Shown here: positions 1 through 11,599 of the stretch, piece by piece
Numbering within the stretch: the stretch's first letter is position 1
Layout: each line of letters opens with the position of its first letter
From: Utricularia gibba
Taxonomy: Eukaryota > Plantae > Magnoliophyta
Length of the DNA: 64,000 nucleotides
Assembly: GCA_002189035.1 (NCBI GenBank)
Contig: NEEC01000004.1
Coordinates: 3,100,001-3,164,000, forward strand
Reading direction: 5' to 3'
Position numbers and translations under genes: made by a program
The notes under the pieces: generated by a model
Told to the model about the DNA's origin: nothing
The model's input: only the letters and a program-made list of their open reading frames with translations
Database searches by the model: none

Positions 1-421
1 TTAACAACCCTAATTAGAGGTAGACCAAAGATTAGGGGGAAAAACAAGAATCCGGGTAGACCTAGATCTTGTGAGTTAGTTGTATGATTTGTGGTTTGTG
101 TGAGTTTGTTTAGTGATGAGCATACATCCTCTAGGAGTCCCAAGGCATCACCCATTCCATTCCAGAAACAACCGAACTCCAGAACTTGTTATTTTTATTT
201 ACTGTATTTCGTTTTAGTTCTGCCTTACTCCTAGCTAAGACCAATTTTACCAACGTGACACTAGTTTCGTGCGTCAACTTTCACATAGCAAGCACCTGCT
301 CTTCGTGTTCGACCCTAATCACTATGCTCATAATTGTTTTATGCTTGAATGTGGGTTAGGTTATAAATTTATTTGATAGGAAAATTTGCAATTAACGACT
401 TGCACAATTTTTCGTTTATCA
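1..421 (+). mobile_element. 3' part of an Athila-like Ty3/gypsy LTR (family A), inserted into the copia 5' LTR
   Basis: Ends in ...TTTCGTTTATCA at 421. About 10 differences (hand count) from 51008-51429. Reverse-complement homolog at 26300 onward. No PBS follows, so it is a 3' or solo LTR. Confidence 0.85.
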
Positions 422-693
422 TGCGGGCTATAGTAATGTCTCTGATTCAAGCCGAACTGTTGTGGCTAGTGCAGTTGGACACGCAAGAAAGAGCAGCAGG
501 ACCATACCTGAACAAACGGCAAATGAGATTGACGAGAACAAGAAGCAAAATATCTTGTTTGGAGGTTTCCATGAAAATCGCTCTATATAAGAGTTCATTG
601 CAACAAGCTACTAATGTATCTGAGAAAAATCAAGACAAAGAATGGAACCTTTTAGCCTCCCTAATATCTCCTGCAATTTCTTCCTTTTTATCA
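422..693 (+). repeat. Copia 5' LTR, missing its first 19 bp
   Basis: Aligns to 5000-5271 with about 12 mismatches in 272 bp (hand count). Ends in ATCA. TATATAA at 584-590. Confidence 0.95.
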
Positions 694-705
694 TGGTATC
701 AGAGC
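694..705 (+). promoter_or_regulatory. Primer-binding site, tRNA-Met(i)
   Basis: TGGTATCAGAGC directly follows the LTR end. Confidence 0.95.
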
Positions 706-741
706 AGGTTATTTCATCTTCCTCTTGCTCTCCCTAAACAC

Positions 742-3700
742 ATGGGAGACAATCATTCTGAACCTCATCAATCCATAGACGGTGATGGTCCTCCACCAAG
801 TGAGAACTCTCACTCCTCTGGGTCTTCTTCCATAATCTCTCAGGAAGTTATTGCCAGCATTAGAAAACCCAAATCAATCACTTGTCACTAATCTCCTTAC
901 ACCAAGAAATTACAACCTCTGGTGTAAAAGTGTGCGGGTTGCTCTTAGGGCAAAGAAGAAAATGGCACTCATTGACGGAAGACTCCCAATGCCAAACGAA
1001 AGCTCCAAACACTATGATGATTGGATGCAGGCAGATGCCATGGTTCTAGCATGGCTCATGAGTTGGATCTCCCCAGACCTCCATGCCTCCTTTAGTAATT
1101 GTGAAACTTCCAGAGAGCTTTGGTTGGAACTCAAAGAAAAATATGGAAGTAGTAATGGGCCTCTCCTATATGAGCTGCGACGGGATCTTGCAAACTTGGT
1201 ACAAGGAAGCTCGACAGTTCATGATTATTATACAAAGCGTAAGGTGCTTTGGGAAGACTACACTGCAGCTCTCCCACCTGTGATGTGTACTTGTGGTTGT
1301 GGTGTTCAAATGCCGGTTATAGATGTGCTGAAAAACACCTTCACTATGGACTTTCTTATGGGACTCAGTCCTGAATTTGAGGTCATTCGCAGCCAAATCA
1401 CTCTTATGCGCCCTATCCCATCTATGAGTGAAGTTCTTCAAATGGTGTTGACCGCAGAAAAGCATAAACAAATCAATGATCTTATGACTTCTAAGATGTA
1501 GCACAGCGCTATGGCAATCCAAAGGAGGGATAAGAGATCAGCCCTCACTGCTAGGAAGCAAAACTGGAACACTGTGGACAAACGCAAAGAGTACAATACC
1601 GCATCTTCCACAAGAAAAGTTTATAAAAAATGCAATTTGTCTTCTTGGAGGACAAAATCAAGACACCTGCTTCTTAATTCATAGGGTATCGGATTTCTTC
1701 AAAGAAAAACATGGAGATGAATGGCCCAAAATCTGGAACAACCAGTTACAAAAAATCATGGAGTTAAAAGGAAAGGAGCAGGAATGTAACAATTTAGAAG
1801 GCGAAATTGAATCCTCTGAGTTAACCGAACAAGCAGTCAACCATCTTCATCTCTCAGGTACTGGAAATAATGCTCAATTGCTTAACAATGCAACTTGGGT
1901 TGTGGATACAGGAGCCACCACCCACGTCTGTCATCAAAGGGAGCTCTTCACAAATATTTGGCTGCTCCCCTCAACTGTGGAAATTCATCTTCCTAATGGG
2001 CATACCTGTGCATTGAAATTTGCAGGAAAAATACATATAAATAAGTACATTATCATGCCAGAAGTGTTTTATGTGCCAGGATTCACACAAAATCTTATCT
2101 CAGTGCAAAGACTGCTGAAAGAGAAAAACCTGAATTGTTTATTTACTCCCTATGGTTATGAGTTTCAGGGCCGCATGGATAACACAATCAAGGGAAAAGG
2201 AAAGTTGGTCAGAGGCTTGTACTGGCTGGATAAGCAATTCACCACTGAAGATCTCTCTTTTGATATCTTAAATAACGCTGCTCATTTTTCGTCTGATGAA
2301 CTTTTTGTAAATGCATCCATTGCCAAACCTATTTTATGGCACATGCGTTTAGGACATGCACCTACAAACGTAATGAGGAAACTTCAGTTAATCAACTACA
2401 GAGATGAGAAGCAATTGATACCTTGTCAATTCTGTCACGCTAGCAGGCAAACGAGATTAAAGTTTGAAAGCAGTGAAAATACAGCAGGCGATCCCTTCGA
2501 AAAGGTACATATGGATATATGAGGGCCTTACAAAATTCCTACAATCACAAATACACATTCTTTCCTGACCATTGTTGATGATAAAAGTAGGGCAACGTGG
2601 GCTTATTTGTTGCGATACAAATCTGAAGCAACTGCTGCCATTAAGAATATTGTACATCTGGTTGAAACACAATTTCAGAAGAAGATCAGAACCATCCAAA
2701 ATGATAATGGAGGTGAATTTATTAGCTGGAGCTTGAAGGAAGTTTTTGGTCGAAAAGGAATATAACATCACACTTCTTGCGCATACACCCCACAGCAAAA
2801 CGGGAAAGTGGAAAGAAAGCACAAACACTTACTCAAGGTGGCGAGGGCTTTGATGCATCAGTCCAATGCACCGATGTGCCTATGGGGAGAGGCACTCTTG
2901 ACAGCCACCTACATAATAAATAGGCTGCCAAAGGTGTCGTTAGAAAGGAAGACTCCAATAGAAATTTTATATAGCAAACAAGCTGACCTTTCTCAATTAC
3001 GAACCTCTGGGTGTCTTTTTTTCTATGCTAATCCCCTAAAGACTCATGATAAATTTTCCGCACAAGGAAAGAAAGGAATATTTGTGAGGTATGTAACAGG
3101 AAAGAAGGGTTTCAAGATCTTCATACCAGAAACCCAAAGTATGATAATCTCCAAAGACGTGGTGTTCTATGAAGAGATTTTCCCATATAAGGTCTATAGT
3201 GATGCGAGTGAATCTCATGAAATCTTACCTCTATTAGATCATGCAGCTTTTCAGCCCCACGTGGAAGAGCAGATCGACTCGGAGCATCCACCTAAAGCTA
3301 CAGCGGATACTCCCCTTCTCCCTGAAATTTCCCTGGAGGAGCATGAGACAGAATCTATTGGTGAACAAACCTATATTACCAGACCTGAATGGATGCGAGA
3401 TTACATCTGCTCACTTGATGAAAGAAACACAGGACATAACGAACCCATCAGCTACAAAGAAGCAATGGAGGATGAAAACTGGACACAGCCCATGAGAGAT
3501 GAGATAAAGGCTCTTGAAGACAATGGAACATGGATCTTAGTTGATCCTCCTCCCAATCAGAATCTAGTAGGAAGAAAATGGGTGTATAAACATAAGATTA
3601 ATACAGATGGGGCAATAACAAGGCGAAAAGCTAGACTGGTGGCAAAAGGCTTTTCACAAAAGGTTGGAAAAGATTTCAACGACAGCTTCTCACTTGTTGC

Positions 3701-4980
3701 GAGGTCGACCACTATGAGACTCGTTCTAGTGATTGCAGCAGCACATAACTGACACTTGCATCAGGTAGATGTGAACAATGCTTTCCTACATGGAAGTTTG
3801 GAAGAGGAAATCTATATGCAGCCTTCAGAAGGATATGAAACAAATGGAAAGGTTTGTAAACTTTTAAAATCAATCTATGGTCTGAAGCAAGCTTCAAGAC
3901 AATGGAACAAGGAACTTACTTGCAAATTGGAGACCATTCACTTCAACCAAAGCAACCACGATCCATGCTTATTTCTGAAAAAGACAGCACAATCCATGAC
4001 CGTCCTCCTTGTTTACATGGATGACATCCTTATCATAGGCACCTCTGAGGAAGAGATTTTGCATGTGAAAACTAGATTGGATGGATGGTTCACTATTAAA
4101 GATATAGGTGAGGCGAGATACTACCTTAGTTTGCAAATACATAGAGAAAATGAAGGGATATTCTTAAGTCAATGTGCATATGTGGAAGGGATTCTAGCAG
4201 ACTTAAACCTGCCCAGTGACAAGTATCCGACTACACCGTTGCCAAAGGTTTTTAGATTTTCTGATCTCCCTGGAAAGCCCCTCGACTCCCCCAAAGATTA
4301 CAGAAGACTAGTTGGTCGACTTCTCTACTTGGGGTTCTCTAGGCCTGATATATCATACTCAGTGCAATTACTCAATCAATTCATGGAAAACCCATGCCAA
4401 GAACATTGGACAGCAGCAATACAGGTTGCTAAATACCTAAAGGGCACAATGCAGCAAGGACTCTTCTATCCAAAGTCAGGATCAAGAACCTTGAGTGCAT
4501 ACTGTGATTCAGATTGGGCCACTTGTCCTTTGTCCAGAAAATCTCTCACCGGATATGCTATTTTCTATGGATCTGCACTTATATCTTGGAAAACAAAAAA
4601 ACAATCGACCGTCTCAAGGTCTTCGGCAGAGGCTGAGTATAGGAGTATGGCCACCACAGTCTGCGAATTAAAATGGTTAAATTACCTCTTGAATGAGATG
4701 GAGCTCTCAACTCATAAGCCGATTCCCCTATATTGCGATAACAGAGCAGCAATTAAGATAACCGAAAATCCAGTCTATCATGAGAGAACGAAACATATAG
4801 AAATTGACTATCACGTCGTGCGAGATTGCTTCAAGCAGAAGATCATAAGACCTCAATTCGTGAGCACAGCTTCACAGGTTGCAGATATGCTCACAAAGCC
4901 CCTAAGTACAACTGAATTTCAAGGCTTCTCGAAGAAGCTAGGGCTTACCGACCTAAGGAGACTCCGGCTTGAGGAGGGGA
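742..4980 (+). pseudogene. Copia gag-pol polyprotein, disrupted
   Basis: ATG at 742, frameshift near 855, TAG at 1499. PR motif WVVDTGATTHV. IN motifs HMRLGHA, VHMDI*GP (TGA at 2520), QNDNGGEF, NGKVERKH. TGA at 3750. RT motifs VDVNNAFLHG, LKQASRQW, YMDDILI. RH motif YCDSDWA. Confidence 0.93.
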
Positions 4981-5271
4981 TGATGAAGCATGTCGCTGTT
5001 GCGGGCTACAGTAATGTCTCTGATTCAAGCCGAACTGCTGTGGCTAGTGCAGTTGGACACGCAAGAAAGAGCAGCAGGATCATACCTGAACAGACGGCAA
5101 ATGAGATTGACGAGAACAAGAAGCAAAATATCTTGTTTGGAGGTTTCCATGAAAATCACACTATATAAGAGTTCATTGTAACAAGCTACTGATGTATCTT
5201 AGAAAAATCAAGACAAAGAATGGAACCTTTTAGCCTCTCTACAATCTCCTGCAATTTCTTCCTTTTTATCA
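4981..5271 (+). repeat. Copia 3' LTR (291 bp, TGAT...ATCA)
   Basis: Follows the PPT at 4971-4980. TATATAA at 5162-5168. Right flank is GTAAT, the expected TSD. Confidence 0.95.
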
Positions 5272-5590
5272 GTAATGCCATACCCACAAGTTTAACCAGT
5301 AGTTTCACCAGTTTTCACTGTTTTTTCCCTCTTACTATTTACTACTAACCAGTATCCAGTAGCCACTGCCAAGATGTTGATAAGTACCATGCGATGCACC
5401 AAGCCTCTGAAGTGAGGCAGGCAGGCAGGCAGGATCAAAAGGATTAGCTCTGCCGATTCTCAGGTATCAGCTGTAAGCATTCCAGTGACAATGTAGCATT
5501 CTGTGTAGCATTCTAGTGACAATGTTTATTACCCCGTTTTGTGCTTTGTGTGTCTGTAGGTTGACGATGGAAGAAGAAGTCAAGAAATTA

Positions 5591-6599
5591 ATGGAAGGAG
5601 AAATGAAGAGATTCGCCAAGGTATGCACCACCACCATCCTCTGTATCTCATACAGCTACTTGGGTGGAAAAGTAGTGCACAAGGGCTGGCTGAGACTCGC
5701 CTTTGTCATCCCCGCCGTCGCTGTGTTACTACTTCTACCCCTGCATCTCAACACGCTTCACCTCGTCGGAATCACGTCCTTCTTCATTTCATGGCTCGCC
5801 AATTTCAAGCTCATTTTGTTCGCTTTCGACGAAGGACCTCTCGCTGCCGCCTACAGAATATCCCTTTCCCGATTCTTCGCGGCCGCTTGCCTCCCCTTCA
5901 GCATCCAGCATAAAAACCCATCGCAAAAGGTCGCCCGAAAATACGGGGGTCGTGGAACAGAGCTGAAGAGCCATGCAATCAAGGCTAGTTTCATCGGATT
6001 ACGGGTAAAGCTCTATGATTTCGAGATCTGGTTACATCCCACAATCATGGCAGTTATGAGGTGTCTTCATATCTACCTTACATTCAGCATCATAATGGAG
6101 ATCGCCGCCGGCGCAGCCAGAGTATTCCTCGGAGTAGAGCTAGAGCCGCAGTTCGACAACCCCCATCTTTCGACTTCAAGTCTTCTGGGGGCGCCGTTGG
6201 AATCTTATGGTGTCACGCATTCTCCGGTCCACCGTGTACGTCCCACTTCGAGCGTGCTGGAGCCGAGCCGTAGGCCGTACAACATCGCGCCCGGTGGCGA
6301 TTATGACGACTTTTTTGGTCTCCGGGGTGATGCACGAGCTGATTTTTTATTATTTAGGGCGACTGAGTCCAACTTGGGAGGTCACATGGTGCTTTATACT
6401 TCATGGTGCGAGTCTTGAGATTGAAATAAATGTGAAGAAGGCGGTTAACGGCCGGCTGCGAATTCCGGGAGGTGTCTCCGCCGTCTTGACCGTCGAATTT
6501 CTGATGGTGACGGGATACTGGTGGTTTTTGCCGCCGTTTCTCCGATGTAGGCCATTCGAGAGAGCGATTGCGGAGATGGCGGCTGTGGGTACGCTTTGA
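5591..6599 (+). pseudogene. MBOAT-family wax synthase / acyl-CoA:sterol O-acyltransferase-like gene, frameshifted near 6176
   Basis: The first frame reads MEGEMKRFAKV...FFISWLANFKLILFAFDEGPL...EPQFDNPHLSTS. The shifted frame continues FWGRRWNLMVSRILR...FLVSGVMHELIFYY, which contains the MBOAT catalytic His. No intron in the CDS. An in-frame ATG also exists at 5567. Confidence 0.88.
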
Positions 6600-7188
6600 A
6601 GGATGTGGCAGAAGGAAATTTGTGGGTGTTGTGTTGAATGGTTTTATGTACTCATTCTCTTTCCTCTATTTAAACTGTCTCATCAATATTTTATTCTTTA
6701 TTATATTTCTCTCTCTCCATTTTATTTCAATATAATTTTATTTTCTTAATTAACAATAAAATTTCTATTATAATATAGAAAGTTACTTCATTTTGTAAAA
6801 TACAATTTTCATAATTTCTGGTTCATAAATTCAAATTTCATTTTTTTATTATAAAATATTAATTTTAATTTATCAATAATTTTTTAGATATGTATATATA
6901 GTTGTACAAATGATATAAAAAAATTTTATTTTAAATTTCTTTTCAACATGTAACATTGTTATATTTTAATTTTTATTTAATTGATTTTTTATTTCATTAT
7001 TATATAATTAAAAATAATAATTTAAATATTTTGATGATATTAATATATTCAATACATTGGTAGAATACATTTTCAAGATAATATCAAGAAAAAATTGATT
7101 TTCCTATATGATCAAATAAATTAATTGTATGATCAATTTTGTTTATTGGATCAATAGCGTACATGTTATCATGAAGTTAAAATATTTA

Positions 7189-7441
7189 GGGTGCATTTGA
7201 TTGAATGGAAATGTGTTTATTGAGTTTAGAGAATTTGGGTATAATTTATTTGAGTATAGATGGGTATTATCAAAACTCATATAATTAGTGAATTTAAAAA
7301 ATATTCACAAATTAAGTTTATGAAGAATTCTATATGGGTTTTGGTGTAAAAACTAGTTAAATATTTAATAAGATACCAAACAAGGGTATTTTTTTATCAA
7401 ACCACTTATACCCACTTTGTATCAAACAACAAAACGTACCC
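7189..7441. mobile_element. Tourist-like (PIF/Harbinger) MITE
   Basis: TTA on both sides (7186-7188 and 7442-7444). Imperfect TIRs GGGTGCATTTG / CAAAACGTACCC. 253 bp, AT-rich. Confidence 0.65.
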
Positions 7442-9174
7442 TTATGATATATTTTGGAAAATATAGTATTATAAAACAAATATGGTTTTGCCTACATATT
7501 GCTAGTTAATGACTCGACATAAAAGTTGATCTTCAATCCTGTTAGTGATTTGAATTCTTTATTTATTTTCTTTATGTTTAAGTTTTTGCAATAATCCTCT
7601 CTAATGCAATTTTTTAAAATTAACTTTTTTATGACATGAAATTACATGTAAAGCATATACAATTTCTTCCTCTAGGGTGTTCTAGATGCTAATGATATGA
7701 AAAATTGCGCAAGTAAATTCCAACTTGGTCTAAATCCAATTAATGAGGTTCATCCACATTGGCAAGACGATTATTGACAGCTATATATATTCATTAATGT
7801 TATCTTGAAAAAAATTAAATATCAATTATAAACTTTTGAATCTTTTATTTGTAATTATTACAAATATTTATAATTTTAAAATTATTTTTATAGAACAATA
7901 AACTATTCTTACTCAGAATTAAAGTAAACATATAGTTGACTTATATTTAAAAATGATCTTAAAAGGAATTGAAATCAAATACTTTATTCTTTAGTTTTAG
8001 AAACGATATTCGAAATTAAATTGAATATAAATAAAATCAATGTATTTATATAATATAATAATGATTAGAGACTACATTCCTTTTAATAATCATATTACAA
8101 GATCAAAATTTGTAACGCACTACTCCAAGAAAAATTCAGAATATGGCCTTATGTATACTATAAAAAAATTATTTGAATGTGATTTTGAAAAATGAAACAA
8201 TTGAACTTACTAATTTCCTCATCCATTGATGATATAAGGAAGCTTAGAGTCTCATCAATTATTATGATAGATGACATCAGTTACTATCCTGCTGATTTAT
8301 AAAATGAGTAACTTCTAATTCATCAATGGTGTCATCTATATGAAGCTCGCCAACCTTGCACCATAGAATTCATGTAATTCTTCTATGATAATACTTAAAT
8401 CAAACTTGCACATGATAGAAAATCATTGCAAATTTATAACTCACTTAAAAAGAATTAGGGAGAATAAGAGACTTAGTGAGCAAGAAAACTCATCCGACTC
8501 ACAAGTATATGTGATTGTCAATATGTTGGTGATTAATTATGGGATCATATATATTAATGGAAGCTTCAATTTTCAAAACACTTTCACCATACACTAATGA
8601 ATCGAAAACCATAGACCACATCGAAAATATTGGATATTAGCATCAAATCTATATTTTTTATTCTTTTTGTAACTAAATTTATGATTTTCTTATAGAACAT
8701 TGAAAAGAAGAAAGATGATTTAAAGAGTACAATGTATTTTTACTACCTTCATAGATTACTGCCTCATATTTCAAGTTACCCTAATTATATCTTTTTCCTT
8801 TATATAAGGATTAGGCCTAAACATCCAACAATAATGGACTAGCTGTCTCTCTCTACTATAGTCCACTATAATTATTAAGATGGGATTACTCATGCCAATG
8901 TGTCATCCTTCTCATCTTCTTCAGGGGGTTTGACAAATGACTCCTTCACTCTTGTCATTGGACTCTGAGGTACAGTTGAATTCTTTAAGATCTATCAACT
9001 TGGCCTCCATTTTGAACTTCTCAAGTTTCGATTTTCCCAACAACTTAGTGAGATCATCTACTCTTTGTTTTCCACTCTCTAAAAAGATGAGTTTCACCTT
9101 CATGTTCCTCACATATTCTTGTATCGTTCCAAAACATGCAAGATCTTTTGGAATGACAATTGTTGCCTAGTTAT

Positions 9175-10846
9175 TGGTAAGTGATTTTGTATCGTTCCAA
9201 AATATAGTCTTCCATTATTCTTCAATGTTGTTTTTACTTATTTTAGATTCCACTTTCTCATTATTTTTAATTGATTTTGCATATTTAACACTACTTTGAT
9301 CTTTTTAGAGAGAAAGTGTATTTGGTAGATTTTTTGGGCACTTTTGGATCAATTTGAAGAGAAACCCAAACCCATCAAATTATGGACTTGATGGGTCATG
9401 AATGCCTAATACATGGTCAAACGATGAAGATTTGATTCAAGATTCGTAGATAAGATAAAGATATGAAGATGATCTTGGAAGATTTAGATAGAAAATTTTA
9501 TCAAAGCCAATTAAGTAAGCTCAATACGAAGACTTGGATCAGTTCTTTTATTGATGAGAGACAAATCGGATGCGGGTAATTGGTCCCTGAAAAGCTGCCA
9601 AAAGGTGCTCTGATGGGACAGCGCCAGCCGACGGACCGATATGTGTTAGAGATTTGTGAGCAGCGGCCGTATTGCAAAGCCTGAAAAGTAGCCGAACTAC
9701 GGCAGAATAGGTGGCGGTTATCTGAAAAGCGGGACCACAGAGCAGGCGCAGAAAGCAACCGACATCTATAGAATTCAGGAGTTGGTTAGATCGACCTCTT
9801 CTATAAGTAGAAGAAATCCTGAAAGATAAGGGGTTCGACTCTAAGCCCTCCAACTTGTATTTTTCCCCAACTTCCGTCTAGTGAAGATACCTTTCGGTGA
9901 GCTCCGACAGCTCCGTGGTTTACCCGTTCTCCGACGGTTTCCACGTAAAAAATCTTTGTCCTCCTTTATTTTCGTTAAACACACCAAACGAAGTATAAAA
10001 CCCATACCCGGGTTCGACGCATCTAGCGAACTCCATAACTCGAAAATTGATTCCGACTCCTATGCTGATTTTCACCCTCAACACCCATAAATACCCAACT
10101 TTCTCAACCATTAAAGATGTTTTTTGACCATTTTTCCTTTGTATTTTTCTTATTTACGTGTTTATATCCATGTTAGAGTCGAGTCTGCACGTGTAGGCGT
10201 TTATGGCTAAAGATCTGCGGTGAAGCCTTGCTTGCGCAAGTCCTGTGCGTGTGACTATCTTACTATGATTTTTAACATTTAATTTGATGTTCGATTTTAT
10301 TTTTCGTAATGTTTTCTTTATGAAGGTGATCTTTAGTACCGTATAACCCTAATGGAGTGTAGGAAAACCAAAAGTTGGTCTCAAGCACCTAAGGAAAAGG
10401 GTTCAATCGGACATCATTAATAAGACACATTCTGTCTAATCTGTCTACGAGGTGTGAGGTGTAGGGGTTAGATTTGGGTGTGGAAAAAACATGGGTTATC
10501 ACATAAGATAAAATGACTCTGGTAGCATGGTTGATTCTATAATCCCACTAAACGAGGAACGATGCTATAACGGTTACCAAGTAGCATTATTTCAAAATAA
10601 CACATCCAGAACTTGCGCAAATAGCTCAATTCTCAAGGTTTACACACACAAGTTTGGGCGAGTTTTAAGCAAGGTGAATCCTAGATCCAAAACTACTTTT
10701 CTTATTGTTTTTAAAACCAAATCTTTCTTTTGTTTTCAATCATTTTCAGTCTTTGTTTGAAAAGAAAATTCCAATAACAATTCCCTATGGATACGATCTT
10801 ATTTTATTTCTTCGACGATATCTGTGTACTTGCAAAACTACCATTA
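9175..10846 (+). mobile_element. Athila-like solo LTR (family B) containing a nested Retand-type LTR
   Basis: Exact 5-bp TSD GTTAT at 9170-9174 and 10847-10851. Termini are mutated (TGGTAAGTG...CCATTA). Homologous to 12883-14050, 22875-24064 and 33810-34984. Confidence 0.85.
9552..10083 (+). mobile_element. Isolated Retand/Tat-type LTR
   Basis: Runs TGATG...CTCAACA and is colinear with 36005-36527 (shared CTGAAAAGCTGCCAAAAGG and TTTCCACGTAAAAAATC). No PBS follows. No matching TSD (TTTAT vs CCCAT). Confidence 0.75.
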
Positions 10847-11599
10847 GTTATCCACATATAGAGGGAATGATTTCTTTTGCTCAAAATCTAGATCTAGAAG
10901 AATTTGCCTCATTTAGACAGTATGGTTAGCAACATGGCATCCCAAAATGTATTTTGCCTCTATTGTGGATTGTGCTATCTTAATACAATTATTAGGTAAT
11001 GATTACTTCTTTGAGTATTAGGTAATGAGACAATTATTGAGTTAATACAGATAATTGGTTGTACTCTTTGAATCTTCATTTTTGTTGTAATCACTATCTT
11101 AATATGTTTTCGAGATCACATTTTTTATCTTATTTTTTGAATATTCATAGAGAATTCCCATATCTGTAGTTTTTTTTGACATAAAGAAGGACTCTTTTTT
11201 ATGTTCTTGATGTGTTACCTTTGGATTTGTCATATACCTAGATAGTATGTTCATCGTGACAAAGATCTAGTCTTGGAAACATATTCTTTGATGCATGGCC
11301 CTAAAGTTTCTTTATAGTTCATTGACGTTCAATTGAATTGGCTTTCATCATATTGAATCTTTCCAAAAATTCTAAGCTATATCTCCTTTGCACTTTCCCA
11401 TTATCTGCTAAACTTCCATACCTAAATCAGTCATATCAAATTCATGTTTCAGGGCATTTTTCAAGTGATCCACCAGTAATGAGAATGTCATCTAAACAGA
11501 TGCCTACAAACTCTAATTCTCTTTTTTCTTCCTTGTCATACAACGTATGATCTCCATGTGATTTACCAAAAAACAACATTTAGCAAAAAATCATCACTA

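Larger units (their letters stand above)
422..5271 (+). mobile_element. Ty1/copia LTR retrotransposon, probably Ale/Retrofit lineage; near complete but disabled
   Basis: Two LTR copies (422-693 and 4981-5271), PBS TGGTATCAGAGC, PPT GAGGAGGGGA. Domain order is gag-PR-IN-RT-RH. The short LTR and the copia N-terminal gag motif (NYNLWCKSVRVALRAKKKMALIDG) fit Ale. Confidence 0.95.
8921..11560 (-). pseudogene. Decayed Ty1/copia RT-RNase H remnant, split by a solo LTR
   Basis: Minus strand reads HGDHTLYDK...ICLDDILITGG and KHEFDMTDLG at 11430-11560. The RH C-terminus VKLIFLESGKQRVDDLTKLL lies at 8921-9112. Confidence 0.7.

Noticed and set aside
373-891. 172-aa ORF
   Set aside because: It runs across the Athila LTR end, the copia LTR, the PBS and the gag start from a non-ATG codon. 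It is a chimeric artefact.
4960-5181. C-terminal extension of the RT-RH ORF and a 63-aa ORF
   Set aside because: These are read-through into the 3' LTR. The expected LRRG* end sits in a shifted frame at the PPT.
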